Assembly (NCBI GenBank): GCA_951406725.2 | Contig: OX597814.1 | Location: 11,036,001-11,100,000, forward strand | Origin: Octopus vulgaris | Lineage: Eukaryota | DNA: 64,000 bases | Direction of reading: 5' to 3' | Part shown: positions 13,369 to 28,571 of the stretch, one piece after another | Numbering within the stretch: position 1 is the stretch's first letter | Layout: the number at the start of each line of letters is the position of its first letter | The notes under the pieces: generated by a model | What the model saw: the letters and a program-made list of their open reading frames with translations, nothing else | What the model was told of the DNA's origin: nothing | The model's database searches: none | Translations under genes and position numbers: made by a program

Positions 13369-13696
13369 AAAGGAGCACTCCATCGGTTACGACGACGAGG
13401 GTCCCAGCTGATACGAACAACGGAACAGCTTGCTGGTGAAATTAACGAGCAAGTGACTGAGCAATCTACAGACACGCGCACCCCTAACGTAGTTTTCAGG
13501 GATATTCAGCGTGACACAGAGTGTGACAAGGCCGGCCCTTTGAAATACAGGTACAACTCATTTTTGCCAGCTGAGTGGACTGGAGCAAAGTGAAATAAAG
13601 TGTCTTGCTCAAGGACACGACGCGTCGCCGGGAATTGAGCTCACAACCTTACAATCGTGAGCCGAATGCCCAAACCACTAAGCCACGCGCCTTCAC
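13369..13696 (-). mobile_element. tRNA-head SINE, body B + tail 1
   Basis: Minus strand tRNA head, gtgtccttgagcaagacactt...ccactcagctg body, tail shared with 49122-49513; TSD gtatatataca. Confidence 0.85.
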
Positions 13697-13945
13697 GTAT
13701 ATATACATACATATACACAAATACACACAAGCACACACACAAACACAAACACACATATATGCTATGTGTGTGTTTCTTTGTGCTCGTCCCTACAACGCTT
13801 GACAGCCGATACGTCCTCTTAACTTAGCGTTTCAACAACAGAGACCGATAGAATACGTACCAAGGTTTTAAAATATAATCACTAAGACTGCGGCCATGCT
13901 AGGGCACCGCCTTGAAGATTTTTTTACTCGAACAAACCGACCTCA

Positions 13946-14127
13946 GTATTTCGTCTGCCGTTACGTTCTGAGTTCAAATTCCGCCGAGGTCGACTTTGCC
14001 AGTCACCCTTTCGGGGTCGATAAATTAAGTACCAGTTAGGCACTGGGGTCGATGTAATCGACTTAATCCGTTTGTCTGTCCTTGTTTGTCCTCTCTGTGT
14101 TTAGCCCTTTGTGGGTAGTAAAGAAAT
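13946..14127 (+). mobile_element. 5'-truncated family-2 SINE within a minus-strand family-1 copy (13885-14285)
   Basis: Begins gtatttcgtctgccgttacg, ends gtgggtagtaaagaaat. Confidence 0.85.
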
Positions 14128-15314
14128 ATATATATATGACAGGCTTCTTTCAGTTTCCCCTCTGTCAAATCCACTAACAAGGCTTTGGTTCCCTCGAGAC
14201 TACAATAAAAGAAGCCATGCATCGGAACTAAATTGGAAACCATGTAAGTGGGAAGCAAGCTTCTTACCACACAGTCAGGCCTGCCATAGCAGAAAACAGT
14301 TTATATTAGTAAACAATATCTCGAGGAACGGAAGCAAGCTGTCAAGCATTTGACTGTAATCAGGCCATAGAAGGTTGAACTATAAGAGCGATAAAGATAT
14401 CGCTTCTTGGTAACCAGACGATACACGGTTCGATTCTGGACAACGGATTGCTCTATTCTTTTTGAAATTGTATCATTGTATTTTTAAAACAAAATACGTC
14501 TTGTTATTTTGTTTTGTTTTCCTTATGACAAAAATACCTTCAACTGGAAACTATAAAAACTTGCATGCGCAGACACTCTAGCACATACAGACTCGCACAT
14601 CGAAACAAATGCGGAGACATAAGCTTATATACATGCAATTACATAATTTTATAATGTTATTTGTATATCTTTACGCGCTCACTTAACTATATGCAGAATA
14701 TATTGTATTATTACAACGAATAACCTAACAACCAACGCAATACACGTTAATTCAATGTAAACGTGAAAGTTGTTAACATCATGACTCAAACTGTTAAAGA
14801 GGACACCTTTGCACGATAATTTCTCGTCGGTTCACACCATACGTTCATAATAACAATGTTATTATAGCATAATGTAATACAGAATATAAAACAAAACTAG
14901 CGAAACAAAGCACAGGTGGAGTAAACTAGGAGAATAACATGAAGTTAATCATTAAACAGTTTTCATTGTGCGATTATCCGTTACGACAAGCGGTATGATA
15001 CTTGCTGCAAATTTGCTACGTCAAAAACGAGAATAGAGGAAACACTACAAGCATCGACTCTTAGCTCAGTAATGGAGACTGAGGTTTAAAAATATTAAAG
15101 GGTTAAATATTAAAGGGTTAAGGAACCCTTAAATATTATTTAAATTGAAACAAAAGAATATGTGATAAGACATTTGCAAAACTGCTTAACGTAAGACTGT
15201 CGTTTCTGCTAGTACAAAACTTTTCCCTCTACGTGCAAACGCATGCATACATACAGACTGACATACAAACAGATTCAACATACACACACACGCGCACGCA
15301 CACACACACACACC

Positions 15315-15345
<31 letters not shown>

Positions 15346-15907
15346 ACACATATGTGTGAATGTGCGTGTACGTGTTTGTGTGTTGCCACCGCATGATAAG
15401 CCGGTGGTGACTTGTTATGTCTCGGCAAACTAGCGGTTCGGCAAAAAGGACCCGATAGAGTAAGTACCAGGCTGTACAAATAGGTACTGGGATCGATTTG
15501 TTCGACTACATTTCTTCAAGGTAGTGCCCCAGCATGGCACCGCAGTCTAGCTACTGGAACAAGTGAAACAGAAAGCCTAAATGTGCACACACACACACAC
15601 ACACACACGTATATATGCATTCATATATAACTTCGTTAAGTTTCGGCCAATGTAGGCCCAGGCCTTGTCTAACTTAATAGCACCACCTGGTGAAGTCTTT
15701 TAGTCATATATGGGCACTATATATACATGCAAATACAGACACATACACACACATATATATATACACAATACACACATACACATACAAATAGACAGGCATA
15801 CATACAGACAGATGGATGGTTAGATAGGTGAATGTGTTTGTATGAATATGTGTGTGTGTGCGTGTGTGTTCTTCAAGGCAGTGCCCCAGCATGGCACCGC
15901 AGTCAAG

Positions 15908-15952
15908 AATTGTCCGATGAACGGCAACAGGAAACTCAGAGTAACAGGTTTT
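15908..15952 (+). ncRNA. Minimal hammerhead-like motif, family C
   Basis: aattgt-CCGATGA-acggcaacag-GAAA-ctcagag-TA-acaggtttt. Confidence 0.6.
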
Positions 15953-15979
15953 GTTGAATTTTCTGCTGCTTTAAATAAA

Positions 15980-16017
<38 letters not shown>

Positions 16018-16084
16018 ATGTATGCATGCACAAACATACACACACGCACACACACATATATATATGTTTGTATACACTATATAT

Positions 16085-16515
<431 letters not shown>

Positions 16516-16554
16516 TTTGTGTTTGTGTACCAGAGTAAGCGCCTGTGTTTGTGT

Positions 16555-16716
16555 ACCAGAGTAAGCAGATAAATGCGAAACAAGGTGGAAAAAATAGTAC
16601 TCGAACACCAGAGGTAGAGTAATAGGTTTTATTAAAAAGCACCAAAAATATCACAAAAACTGTTACTCAGAGTTTCGCGTTCCCGTTCTAAACAAAACTG
16701 TCCGACGAACGGGAAT
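16555..16716. mobile_element. Non-autonomous Penelope-associated-like repeat with inverted halves of the family-C hammerhead
   Basis: Shares accag.gtaagca...gcgaaacaaggtggaaaaaa...ggtagagtaata with 59439-59680; minus half gaacgggaacgcGAAActctgagTAacagttttt and plus half aaaactgtCCGACGAacgggaa. Confidence 0.65.
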
Positions 16717-16768
16717 GTTTGACTATGTGGGTGGGATGTGACGAATATGTGTGTGTGTGTGTGTATGT

Positions 16769-16827
<59 letters not shown>

Positions 16828-16948
16828 TATATATATATATAGAAAGAGAGGGAGAGACCCTTGTGTCTGGGGAGAGTCATTCTCTTTTAGTGCCTTATAA
16901 TTTAAGACACTGACCGGTAAAATTTCCACTTCTTTCCTTCTTTATTTT

Positions 16949-16987
16949 TCTAAAACTTTCGTTGCGTCCTGCAACCTTTTCAATAGA
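16949..16987 (-). ncRNA. Candidate hammerhead variant with U3-A8 core, family D
   Basis: tcta-TTGAAAA-g-gttgc aggac gcaac-GAAA-gttt-taga. Confidence 0.4.
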
Positions 16988-17284
16988 TTTTTGACTCTGT
17001 CCGTTATTCATACCGACACGCTTACGTGCCCACAGTAGATAAGAATCTGTATATTTGCGTGTGCATGTTTATTTATGTGTAAGTGCTTGTATGGTTGCAA
17101 CAATACAATGGAGTCGTGAACAGAGAACCATGTATACCAGAAACGTTAACGTTGACAACGCAACGAACACACGGACACAGCGTGAGTGCCGCTAGCTCGT
17201 ATCGTGCCGTAATATAGGGGTGGGAGTGAAAGATAAAGCACCCACCTACACTGACACTGTTTCTCGACCTCTCTCGCCCTCTCT

Positions 17285-17326
<42 letters not shown>

Positions 17327-17530
17327 TTCTCTTCCTCTTCTCTTTGTTTCTCTCTTTCTCTTTCTGGTTCTATGAGTATGTGTCTGGGTGTGTTTAACAT
17401 ATACACTCGTATACCCACGCGCACACACAAACGCATAGTTTCTAACACAAAAGAGCACACACAAGTTCACTACTCTCTTGAGCACACACGCATACTTATA
17501 CACACATACGCACACACTCAAACACACACA

Positions 17531-17570
<40 letters not shown>

Positions 17571-17619
17571 CACGCACAAGCCCTCACGCACGCACATGCA
17601 CACACTGACACATACCCAC

Positions 17620-17671
<52 letters not shown>

Positions 17672-17850
17672 TGAAAAACTATTCAACTAATTAAAATCAA
17701 GATTTTGCACAATTGTTATATTTTTTAAAATTATTTTCGTCTTATTTGTTTCAGTGATTGAGCTGCGGTCATGCTGTAGCACCACATATTGTTAATCGAT
17801 CGAATGAGCTTCAGTATTTCTTCTTTTCTTCCTTTTTCTTTTTTTTGTTA

Positions 17851-18015
17851 GGCGCAGGAGTGGCTGTGTGGTAAGTAGCTTGCTTATCAACCACATGGTT
17901 CCGGGTTCAGTCCCACTGCGTGGCATCTTGGACAAGTGTCTTCTGCTGTAGCCCCGGGCCGACCAATGCTTTGTGAGTGGATTTGGTAGACGGAAACTGA
18001 AAGAAGCCTGTCGTA

Positions 18016-18071
<56 letters not shown>

Positions 18072-18298
18072 TGTGTGTGTATATGTTTGTGTGTCTGTGT
18101 TTGTCCCCCTAGCATTGCTTCACAACCGATGCTGGTGTGTTTACGTCACCGTCACTTAGAGGTTCGGCAAAAAAGACCGATAGAATAAGTACTGGGCTTA
18201 CAAAGAATAAGTCCCGGGGTCGATTTGCTCGACTAAAGGCGGTGCTCCAGTATGGCCGCTGTGAAATGACTGAAACAAGTAAAAGAGTAAAAGAGAGT
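17851..18298 (+). mobile_element. Full-length SINE family 1
   Basis: tRNA-like head ggcgcaggagtggctgtgtggtaag...gggttcagtccc, CORE-like catcttggacaagtgtctt, internal (TA)n(TG)n, tail cgactaaaggcggtgctccag...gaaacaagtaaaagagtaaaagag. Confidence 0.92.
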
Positions 18299-18732
18299 AA
18301 TCTATAAATTACTTTTCCCAAACGATAATTTAAGTGGGTGTAAACAAGCTAACACCGGTTATCAAGCAGTAGCGGGGAAGAGGAATCAAAGAAAAATAAC
18401 ATAGAAAAACACAAATGTGTGTCTGCGTCTGTTTGTCCCCTCAAGATATGCTTTTAGACAATTTCTCTCACTGACGTTCACACACGTTGGTCGGTGTACG
18501 GAGAAGACATCACTTGCTCGACGGGCCGCAGAGTGATATTGAACCCGGACCTACGTGGTAGCAAAGTGAATACATAAACCATACATTAATGCTCCTGCTA
18601 ACTCCAATTATGTCAAAATCGGCAATTCGTAACTCGGAGTAACGATTTTATGTTGTTATACATACATACATACATACATACATACATACATACATACATA
18701 CATACATACATACATACATACATACATACATG

Positions 18733-19221
<489 letters not shown>

Positions 19222-19271
19222 ATACATATATATATATACATACATATATATATATACATACATATATATAC

Positions 19272-19349
<78 letters not shown>

Positions 19350-19361
19350 ATATATATATAT

Positions 19362-19752
19362 CTTTACTCTTTTACTTGTTTCAGTCATTTGACTGCGGCC
19401 ATGCTGGAGCACCGCCTTTAGTCGAGCAAATCGACCCCGAGACTTTTTCTTTGTAAGCCCAGTACTTATTCTATCGGTCTCTTTTGCCGAACCGCTAGTT
19501 GACGGGGACGCAAACACACCAGCATCGGTTGTCAAGCAATGCTAGGGGGACAAACAAACACACATACACACATATATATATATACATATATACGACCGGC
19601 TTTATTCAGTTTCCGTCTACCAAATCCACTCACAAGACATTGGTCGGCCCGGGGCTATAGCAGAAGACACTTGCCCAAGATGCTACGCAGTGGGACTGAA
19701 CCCGGAACCATGTAGTTGGTTAGCAAGCTACTTACCAAACAGCCACTCCTGC
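19362..19752 (-). mobile_element. Full-length SINE family 1
   Basis: Reverse complement matches 17851-18298. Confidence 0.92.
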
Positions 19753-20092
19753 ATATATATATATATATGTATATATATATGCATGTATATTATACATATG
19801 TAGATAATAGGTGAGAATCAGATATTCTCCATAGAGAATACACCATGTTAGCTCAAGAGGTTTAAACTTGAGCAGGTAGACCTTTTTGTATGTAAACAAA
19901 TAAATTTTTTTTTTCGTATTTCATGTATTTTAATATACTTTGTATATTGACATGCCTAACATGCTTATCCTTACATTAACTTCTATATCATACGTATATG
20001 TATACAAACGTATACATACGCACACATGCACACAGAATTATACACATAAATACTTACACTCTCACGTAGTCACGCACACGCACGGGCGCGCG

Positions 20093-20164
<72 letters not shown>

Positions 20165-20915
20165 TTCATTATGTCTTCCTCTTCACATTCACAAATAAAA
20201 ACAGATACAAAACAAAATAAAAAAATGCAATCACCAAGGACGCACAAATATTTGTTTCCTATACACACCCTCTTTCACTCTTACGATATACGTCGACTGG
20301 ATCTCGCCCGTAAATTCTAAGGTCCATTTATTATTACACAGAGTTACGATGACACCCACTGAAGATTAAGTTAAGGACACATGTGACTGTGGAATCTCAG
20401 AGTACTCATCGCTGCAAACGGTGAAGACCCACTAATCTACGTGAGATCGGATGTGAGGATGTGAACACGCGTGTATGATGTATGTATGCATGAATTAATG
20501 GCACGTAAATTTATTACACTTATACGTGTCTATATAAAAGCTTACACGCACACACATACACATATATATATATATAAATATGTATATAAGTATATATGTA
20601 TATATGAGTACATACGTACGCACAAGCATGTGCATTTTATGTGTTTGTGTGTGAGAAAGAGAACATACATACATGTGTAAACAGATATACACATACACAC
20701 ATATAAATACATCCATATTTATATATACACACACACTTATACACACACGTACACATACATACACACACATACACACACACATATATATATATATACATAT
20801 TCATCTGTTTATACACACACAAGCATACACACACACACACATATATATACATTTATACATACATATATATGTATATACACGCACACAAGCAGATGTATGT
20901 ATGTATGTATGTATG

Positions 20916-20949
<34 letters not shown>

Positions 20950-21656
20950 TGTATGTATGTATGAATGTATGTATGTATGTATGTATGTATGTATGTATGT
21001 ATGAATGAATGAATGTATGTATGTATGTATGTATGTATGTATGTATCTTTGTATGTATGCATCTATGTATGTATGCATGTATGTATGTATGTATGTATGC
21101 ATGAATGAATGTATGTATGTATGTATGTATCTTTGTATGTATGCATCTATGTATGTATGCATGTATGTATGTATGTATGTATGTATGTATGTATGCATGT
21201 ATGTATGTATGTATGTATGTATGTATGTATGTATGTATGTATGTATGTATGTATGTATGTATGCATGAATGTATGTATAACGCTGACGTTTATTAGTTAA
21301 TGCCAGTCAGCCAGATTTTAAAAAAAAACTTAGTGTTTGACGATGTGGGTGGGATGTGACGATTGAGTGAGTTATTTTGTTATCTAATATTTGATTGGCT
21401 GCTTGTATCTGTGACGCCAGCAATATAGGGCAAGGCCTTAAGAAGTGGTGAAAACAATAGAATAGCAAGGCGCCCCAGACCGTTCCTCGTCTGATATATT
21501 AATAATAACAACAATAACAACAAAAACACGGAATATATACACGAAATCATGAAAAGTAAAAACATTAAAAAAAATAAATAGAAATCAAGAATAAATGCTA
21601 ACATAGAGAGCGAGAGTAATATAAAGAAGAAAAACGTATGTATATATATATATATA

Positions 21657-22027
21657 TGGTTCCGGGTTCAGTCCCACTGCGTGGCATCTTTGGCAAGTGT
21701 CTTCTGCTATAGCCCCGGGCCGACCAATGCCTTGTGAGTGGATTTGGTAGACGGAAACTGAAAGAAGCCTGTCGTATATATGTATATATATATATGTTTG
21801 TGTGTGTGTGTTTGTGTGTCTGTTTGTCCCCCTAGCATTGCTTGACAACCGATGCTGGTGTGTTTACGTCCCCGTCACTTAGCGGTTCGGCAAAAGAGAC
21901 CGATATAATAAGTACTGGGCTTACAAAGAATAAGTCCCGGGGTCGATTTGCTCGACTAAAGGCGGTGCTCCAGCATGGCCGCAGTCAAATGACTGAAACA
22001 AGTAAAAGAGTAAAGAGAGTAAAGAGT
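21657..22027 (+). mobile_element. SINE family 1, slightly 5'-truncated
   Basis: Near-identical to 17896-18298. Confidence 0.92.
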
Positions 22028-22039
22028 ATATATGTATAT

Positions 22040-22074
<35 letters not shown>

Positions 22075-22078
22075 TAGG

Positions 22079-22350
22079 TTCGAAACACACTTTGATTCGA
22101 ACCAGGGACAGCTGATGAAGAGGAATTTTCCCTGTATTGTTTGTCTTGTACTCTGTTTTTTCATTGTGTAAAAAAAGTCCGTTTCCTTGTTTGATTTTAT
22201 GTTCTCGTCTCTCGTTGTGTTCTACGTTTATTTGTGGTGTCCTGTACTCATATATATATATATGTATGCATGCCTATATACATGTAGATGTAAGTATGTA
22301 CATATATGTATGTATAAATGCATATATTTTATTTATTTATTATATTACTA
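22079..22350 (+). repeat. Unclassified interspersed repeat (copy of 6028-6310)
   Basis: Direct sequence similarity. Confidence 0.85.
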
Positions 22351-22650
22351 TATGACCGAACGCACGCGTTATTTCTCTATTGCTCTTCTCCAAGTTTTTA
22401 TATATATTAATAAATACATACATTCATATATACATACATATATATATATATCGTCTTAGTACCAAAATAAAGAAGGCGTGTCTTGCAAATAGCAGCACGC
22501 CTGGACCAGTGAAGAGTCGATAAAAATATACAACACCAGCCAGGAAGCCAAGGAAGCTGACAAGCCAGTCAGTCAGCCAGCCAGCCTCGTGAGTTAACGA
22601 GAGAACCTGCCGTGTTCGAAGCTGTTGTGTTTATTTATGCTAAGACAATA

Positions 22651-23330
22651 AGGCGGCGAGCTAGCTGGATCGTTAGCGCGCCGGACAAAATGGTTAGCGG
22701 TACTCCGTCCGTCTTTACGTTCTATATTGAAATTCCACCGGGATCGACTGTGCTTTCTCATTCTTCCAGTGTCAATGAAATAAGAACCAGTTAAGTATTT
22801 TTTCTACTCTTGGCACAAGGCTCGAAATTTGTGGGGAAGTGGCCAGTCGAATCGATTTCAGTAGGCAATTGGTACTTAATTTATTGACCCCGTAGGGATG
22901 AAAAGCAAAGTCGACCTAGGCGGAATTTGAACTCAGAACGTAAACACAGACGAAATACCGCCCGGCGTGCTAAAGTTTCTGCCAGCTAGTCGCCTTATAA
23001 TCCTTTCTATAATAGGCACAATGCCTGAATTTTGTAGGAAGGAGACTAGTCGATACATTGACCCCAGTGTTTCACTGGTACTTAATTCATCGACCCCGAA
23101 AGGATGAAAGGCAATGTCGACCTCGACGGGATTTGAACCCAGAACTTAGAAATGGACGAAATACCGTCTGTCAATATGTTCTGAGTTCAAATTCTGCCGA
23201 GGTCGACTTTGCCTTTCATCCTTTCGGACTCGATAAATTAAGTACCAGTTGCGTACTGGGGTCGATCTAATCGACTGGCCCCCTCCCCCAAAATTTCGGG
23301 CCTTGTGCCTAGAGTAGAAAAGAATATAAT
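22651..23330. mobile_element. Cluster of four family-2 SINE copies in mixed orientation (+,-,-,+)
   Basis: Repeated gtcgac..gcctttcatcc and aaatttc.ggccttgtgcc tail segments on both strands. Confidence 0.8.
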
Positions 23331-23543
23331 GTTGTCTGTAAAAAAAAAAAGTTCTTCGAAAAACAGAAAAGGAAAAATATATGGTGTTATAAGAAGTTAG
23401 CTTTGCAACCATGTTGTTTTCGAGTTCAGTTCCACTCCAAGGAAACCTTGAGCAAGTGTCTTAAATTTGGTAAGTGTCTGAATTTGGTAAACGAATTTGA
23501 CAAGTGTCTGAATTTGGTAAGCGAAAATTATGTGGAAACCCTT

Positions 23544-23602
<59 letters not shown>

Positions 23603-24085
23603 TTGGGTTTTTTTAGGTCGTTTTAACCTAGTAGTTCAACAAAAGAAACTGATAGACTTCCAGAAAGTAAGTACCGTGGTTGATTTGTTCGACTAAAACT
23701 TTCAAGGTGAGCCCCAGCATGGCCGTGGTGTAATGACTGAGATATGTAAAAGAATTTGGAATGGGAACAGCTGCAAGACCATTGATCTATGACCTTCTTA
23801 ATCAAGACTGGCCTGTGGTTAAATACGACTATAGCTACTACTGAGTCAAACAAAGAGCCTACATGTGGTCTTCTATTCTGCAAGAAATAACAACTAAATA
23901 TCCCACAAAACTCATCTTACTATCTTAAATACCAGGGCAATACGTTAAACAATGTTAATTTCGACATGACTGACCAAGAAAGAAAAAATAAAAGTAGTAT
24001 GACCAAGGATGGAACGCCTTTTACCATAGATATGTTTGACCAGGTCAGTCATAGGATTCAAACATGAAGGACAACTAAGTAACTT

Positions 24086-24239
24086 GTAGCTGTGTCGTAA
24101 GAAGCTTCCTTCCCAACAAAATTTGGCAATTTGGACAATTGTCTTCCGTTGTGGCCTCTGGCCGACCAAAGCCCCTTGTGAGTACATTTTGCCGACAGAA
24201 ACTGAAAGAAGCCTATCGTGCGCGCGCGTGTGTGTGTGT

Positions 24240-24290
<51 letters not shown>

Positions 24291-24495
24291 TGTGTGTGTG
24301 TGTGTGTCATCTGCTACTGCTTAGCAAGTAGTGTCGGTGTGTTTACATTCCTGCATCTTAGCGGTTCGGCAAAAATACCAATAGAATAAGTATCAGGCTT
24401 TAAAAATAGGTTCTAGTGTCGGTTCATTCGACTAAAAATACTTCAAGGTGGTGCCCTAGTATGGCCGCAGTGCAATGACAGAAACAAGCAAGTAA
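24086..24495 (+). mobile_element. Diverged SINE family 1 (another decayed copy at about 23380-23750)
   Basis: Head, gaaactgaaagaagcc, (TG)n, gcggttcggcaaaa and tail all recognisable. Confidence 0.8.
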
Positions 24496-24504
24496 AAGTT
24501 AATT

Positions 24505-24868
24505 AAAGAAGAACGCTCAGAGAGTGCAAACCTCTGCCAAGACATCACCAACGTCCTCTCAACGTTTAGCCCGTGATGATTTTTAAAATGAGAATATCTG
24601 AAATAAGCTCGACTGCTCTCACAAACGAGAATACTAAAAATGAACCCGACCGCTCTCAAAAATTAAGTAAAAAAGAGAAAAACGGAAAAATAATCAGGTA
24701 CCGGATCGATCCCAAAACCTAATCAATTAGTGGCATTCACGAGGCCAAAGATCCCTGAAAGTTTCATCCGAATTCATCCAGCGGTTCTTAAGATATTTTG
24801 TCCACGGACAGACAAACAAACAAATACGACTGAAAACAATACCTCCGCCTTCGCTAAACGGAGGTAAT
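24505..24868 (-). mobile_element. Non-autonomous Helentron-type element (HINE/DINE-like)
   Basis: Minus strand starts attacctccg with a nearby inverted ggcggaggta, then (GTTT)n/gtctgtcc; ends ttggcagaggt plus hairpin gcactctctgagcg. Confidence 0.6.
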
Positions 24869-25220
24869 CATAGACACAAGGCCAGAAATTACGCGTGTAG
24901 AGAGTGGAATAATATTCGACTGGTTCTTCATTTCGTTGCTCTCCGACGAATGAAAGCAACACTGCCATCGACAAGACATGAAATCAGGACACGTGACATT
25001 TAGAGAGAGCATTCATAAAGCAAGTGTCGGTGTGCTATGCAAGATTCTGCGCAGAATCGGAAAAGATATTGCAAGATTTCCTGTTTAAATGCTCTGACAC
25101 CGTGTTTGTTGCGGTCTCACCTGACTGGTAGATGGAGATAATATAATGTTTGCAGTGTGAAGCTTCATAATGGAGCCTAGGTAAGTAACAAGTGAATAGA
25201 CATTGCAATAATGCTTTAAT

Positions 25221-25272
<52 letters not shown>

Positions 25273-25417
25273 ACACACACACACTGTTGTGCCGACGCCC
25301 CCAGACGATGAAGTAGACTAGCCCAATATGTAGATATAGAGGGAGAAGTCTTGACGTAGAGAGAAGTAGCAGAGTAGAGAGTCGAGTTGAGTAGAGGGCA
25401 TTCGAACGTGCGACATA

Positions 25418-25498
<81 letters not shown>

Positions 25499-25805
25499 TA
25501 CATATACACACATGGTTTTGAAGATTCAATAAAATCAAGGCACACTAACAGATAGGATGCCGCAATAACTAGGTACGATAACGTAGATCTCACAGTCGGT
25601 TAAGCAACATTGAATAATAGATCAAGTGTTGTTAGGAACTCGTAGGTATCGTCTATTAAAGCGGTAGATCCGACTTTGCGATTGGCCCTTTGCGTAGTGT
25701 AGGTATAAAGGTAAATTTTAAGCGCCATTTGTGTTTGCTTTTACACACACACTCACACACACGCACGCAATACATACACATGCACGCAAACACACATACA
25801 CACGC

Positions 25806-25871
<66 letters not shown>

Positions 25872-26100
25872 GTATATGTGTGTGACTGTGCATGTATGTA
25901 TGTATGTATGTATGTATGTATGTATGTATGCCTTCTAATTTAGCAAGGTGCTAGCCAGTAGCATATCCCTTTGCTAGACCCTAATTCAGCACCTTTCCAT
26001 TTTTAGAGGAGGGTGCGCTGAATGGCTGTCTGCGACTTTCACAATAACTTTTCACGTAACTGATTCAGTGATACACACACATACGCACATATATATATAT

Positions 26101-26197
<97 letters not shown>

Positions 26198-27662
26198 AAG
26201 ATAGAGAGAGGTGGAGAGACAGACACACACAAACAGACACGGAATGAAAAAGAGAAAGATAGAGATAGGTACAAATACAGAGATGGAGAGAGACAGAATG
26301 AAACAGAGAGGAAAGTAGAAAGAGAATGTACTCTAAAACTTGATTGGTCAAAGCCTGAAGGATACTTGACGGAAGAAATACTGCACGGAATTCAACCGGA
26401 CACTCAATTAACTCTGACAGTTCGCCGTCTGTAGGAGGATATCACATATTGTGCCCCTGTATTATTTGAAGAAGATTTAGTTGTAAGTTCGAGGAACGTC
26501 GAGTGAACAAAAAGAGCACCGTTTGTTAGGGTGGTCAAATAGAACCAGACAGCTCTTCTTGTGTGTATACTTCGGCCTTGGAAAGAGACGACTGGTTGCT
26601 GTTGTGTCGGCACTGACGATTTTGGTGGCAGTACGTTTTGGCACTGGAGGCAAAGGCATACAAGCGCACAGAAATATACACATACAAAACAAAAGTGAGA
26701 GAGTGGGAGGAAGAGAGACATTACACATACATGCAAGCATAACCAGATGTTGACACGCGTAAACAAAGAAAGAGAGGGATGAGAGGGAACGAAATATACA
26801 TTAAAACTAGGGAAACATTAAAAGGTCAAATAAGTCAGTGTCTAATCAACGACGCCAGATAGACGATACCAAAACGGCTGTGTAAAATATTCCATACGCC
26901 TTCATCCTGTAGTGTTAAAATGAATGTCGTACAGGTATTTTGTTTTGAATATTTTCAAAAGCATACATTTTCTGATGGAATAAAACCTTTAGATTTATCA
27001 AAATACAATATTCATAAAGAAAATAGAATTTATGTAACGAATATACCAAATGTTATGCGAGCGATTTATCTCAGAGTCGCTAGAGCGTCCAATAGTTGAC
27101 CTGACTCTTTGCGTTTTGAGCTCAAATTCGAGATACGGATTCGATTTATTTCACAGTAATTAGATTCCCTGGTCGGGATTTGACATCAGGATGCAAATAG
27201 CCAGAATAAATAGTGCAAGGTATATCTACCCTGGCACTCTGATATTTCTACCAATATCCCTTTCTTGACTGATAATCTATCGCCCTCTCCACCGAAAAGA
27301 TGAAAGGCAGAATTAATCTTGGTGTAACAAAACCCGGATGCTCTTATATAATATTCCTTACTTTCTAAATGTTGAAAAGGTGTGAATAAATTACAAGGTT
27401 TGATTCCAAGAGAGCATTTTTTTATCTTTTACTTTTTTCGGTCATCGACCGACAATTCGTTACAACCGGAATGTAAGTTAGGATTTGATCGACTCCAGCT
27501 GGGTCAGCTAGGCTTGGAAGTTTAATGTTAAAAGACACGAAACCCCTTAAAGCCCCAGAAACATCACTGATATGCATCCCAGAACATCTGTGTATGTATC
27601 TTCGAACTGTGATTCGAAAATAAACTATCTTTTCGGTATTGTGTCTCCTCTCTTACAATAAA

Positions 27663-28060
27663 TCTTTATATATAAAAGTGAAGTTGTGTGTCTGTCCCCT
27701 GCGATCTAGATTCCTAACTACTCCCACATTTTGCGGTGCAGTTCAACCAAAACCGGGTATCTTATGGTCGTGATTCATATCGAGCCCTTCTGGGTATTAG
27801 CGCGCGTCTACGATGAGTCTACGATTTAAAAAAAAATTTACCATCATTTTTTTCCATTTTAATGCACTTTTTCGCTATTATATAAGGGAAGTAAATCTCT
27901 AAAAATGTCTACGATGAATCAACGATTTAAAAAAAAATTTAGCATAATTTTTTTTCCATTTTTAATGCATTTTTTTGCCATATTTTGGCTATAACTCTCT
28001 AAAAATGCTTATATAGTTATTTCCCTTACAAACCCGAGCAACGCTGGGCGATACTGCTAG
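27663..28060 (+). mobile_element. Complete non-autonomous Helitron (398 bp)
   Basis: A|TCtttatatataaaa 5' end; 3' hairpin cccgagcaacgctggg then cgatactgCTAG|T; internal approx. 100-bp tandem duplication. Confidence 0.88.
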
Positions 28061-28144
28061 TTCCATATAATTCTAATACATAATTTGACAAATTACAGGA
28101 TTTGTGTTCGAAATTCACTTCTTTTTCTGCATTACTCTCTCTCT

Positions 28145-28335
28145 CTTTACCTTTTTACTTATTTCAGTCATTTGACTGTGGCCATGCTGGAGCACCGCCT
28201 GTAGTCGAGCAAATCGACCCCAGGATTTATTCTTATTAAGCCTAGTACTTATTCTATCGGAATCTTTTGCCGAATCGCTAAATTACACACCAGCATCGGT
28301 TGTCAAGCGATGTTGGAGGGGGGGGACAACCACAG

Positions 28336-28404
<69 letters not shown>

Positions 28405-28571
28405 TATATACGACGGACTTTTTTCAGTTTCCGTCTACCAAATCCACTCAAGGCTTTGGTCGGCTCGAGGCTATAGTAGAAGACACTTGCCCAAGGTGCT
28501 ACGCAATGGGACTGAACCCGGAACCATGTGGTTCGTAAGCAAGCTACTAACCACACAGTCACTCCTACGCC
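28145..28571 (-). mobile_element. Full-length SINE family 1
   Basis: Reverse complement matches 17851-18298. Confidence 0.9.

Noticed and set aside
25040-25055. Perfect 16-bp palindrome gattctgcgcagaatc and a nearby AG/GTAAGT donor-like site
   Set aside because: Isolated, with no matching acceptor or ORF; cannot be distinguished from chance
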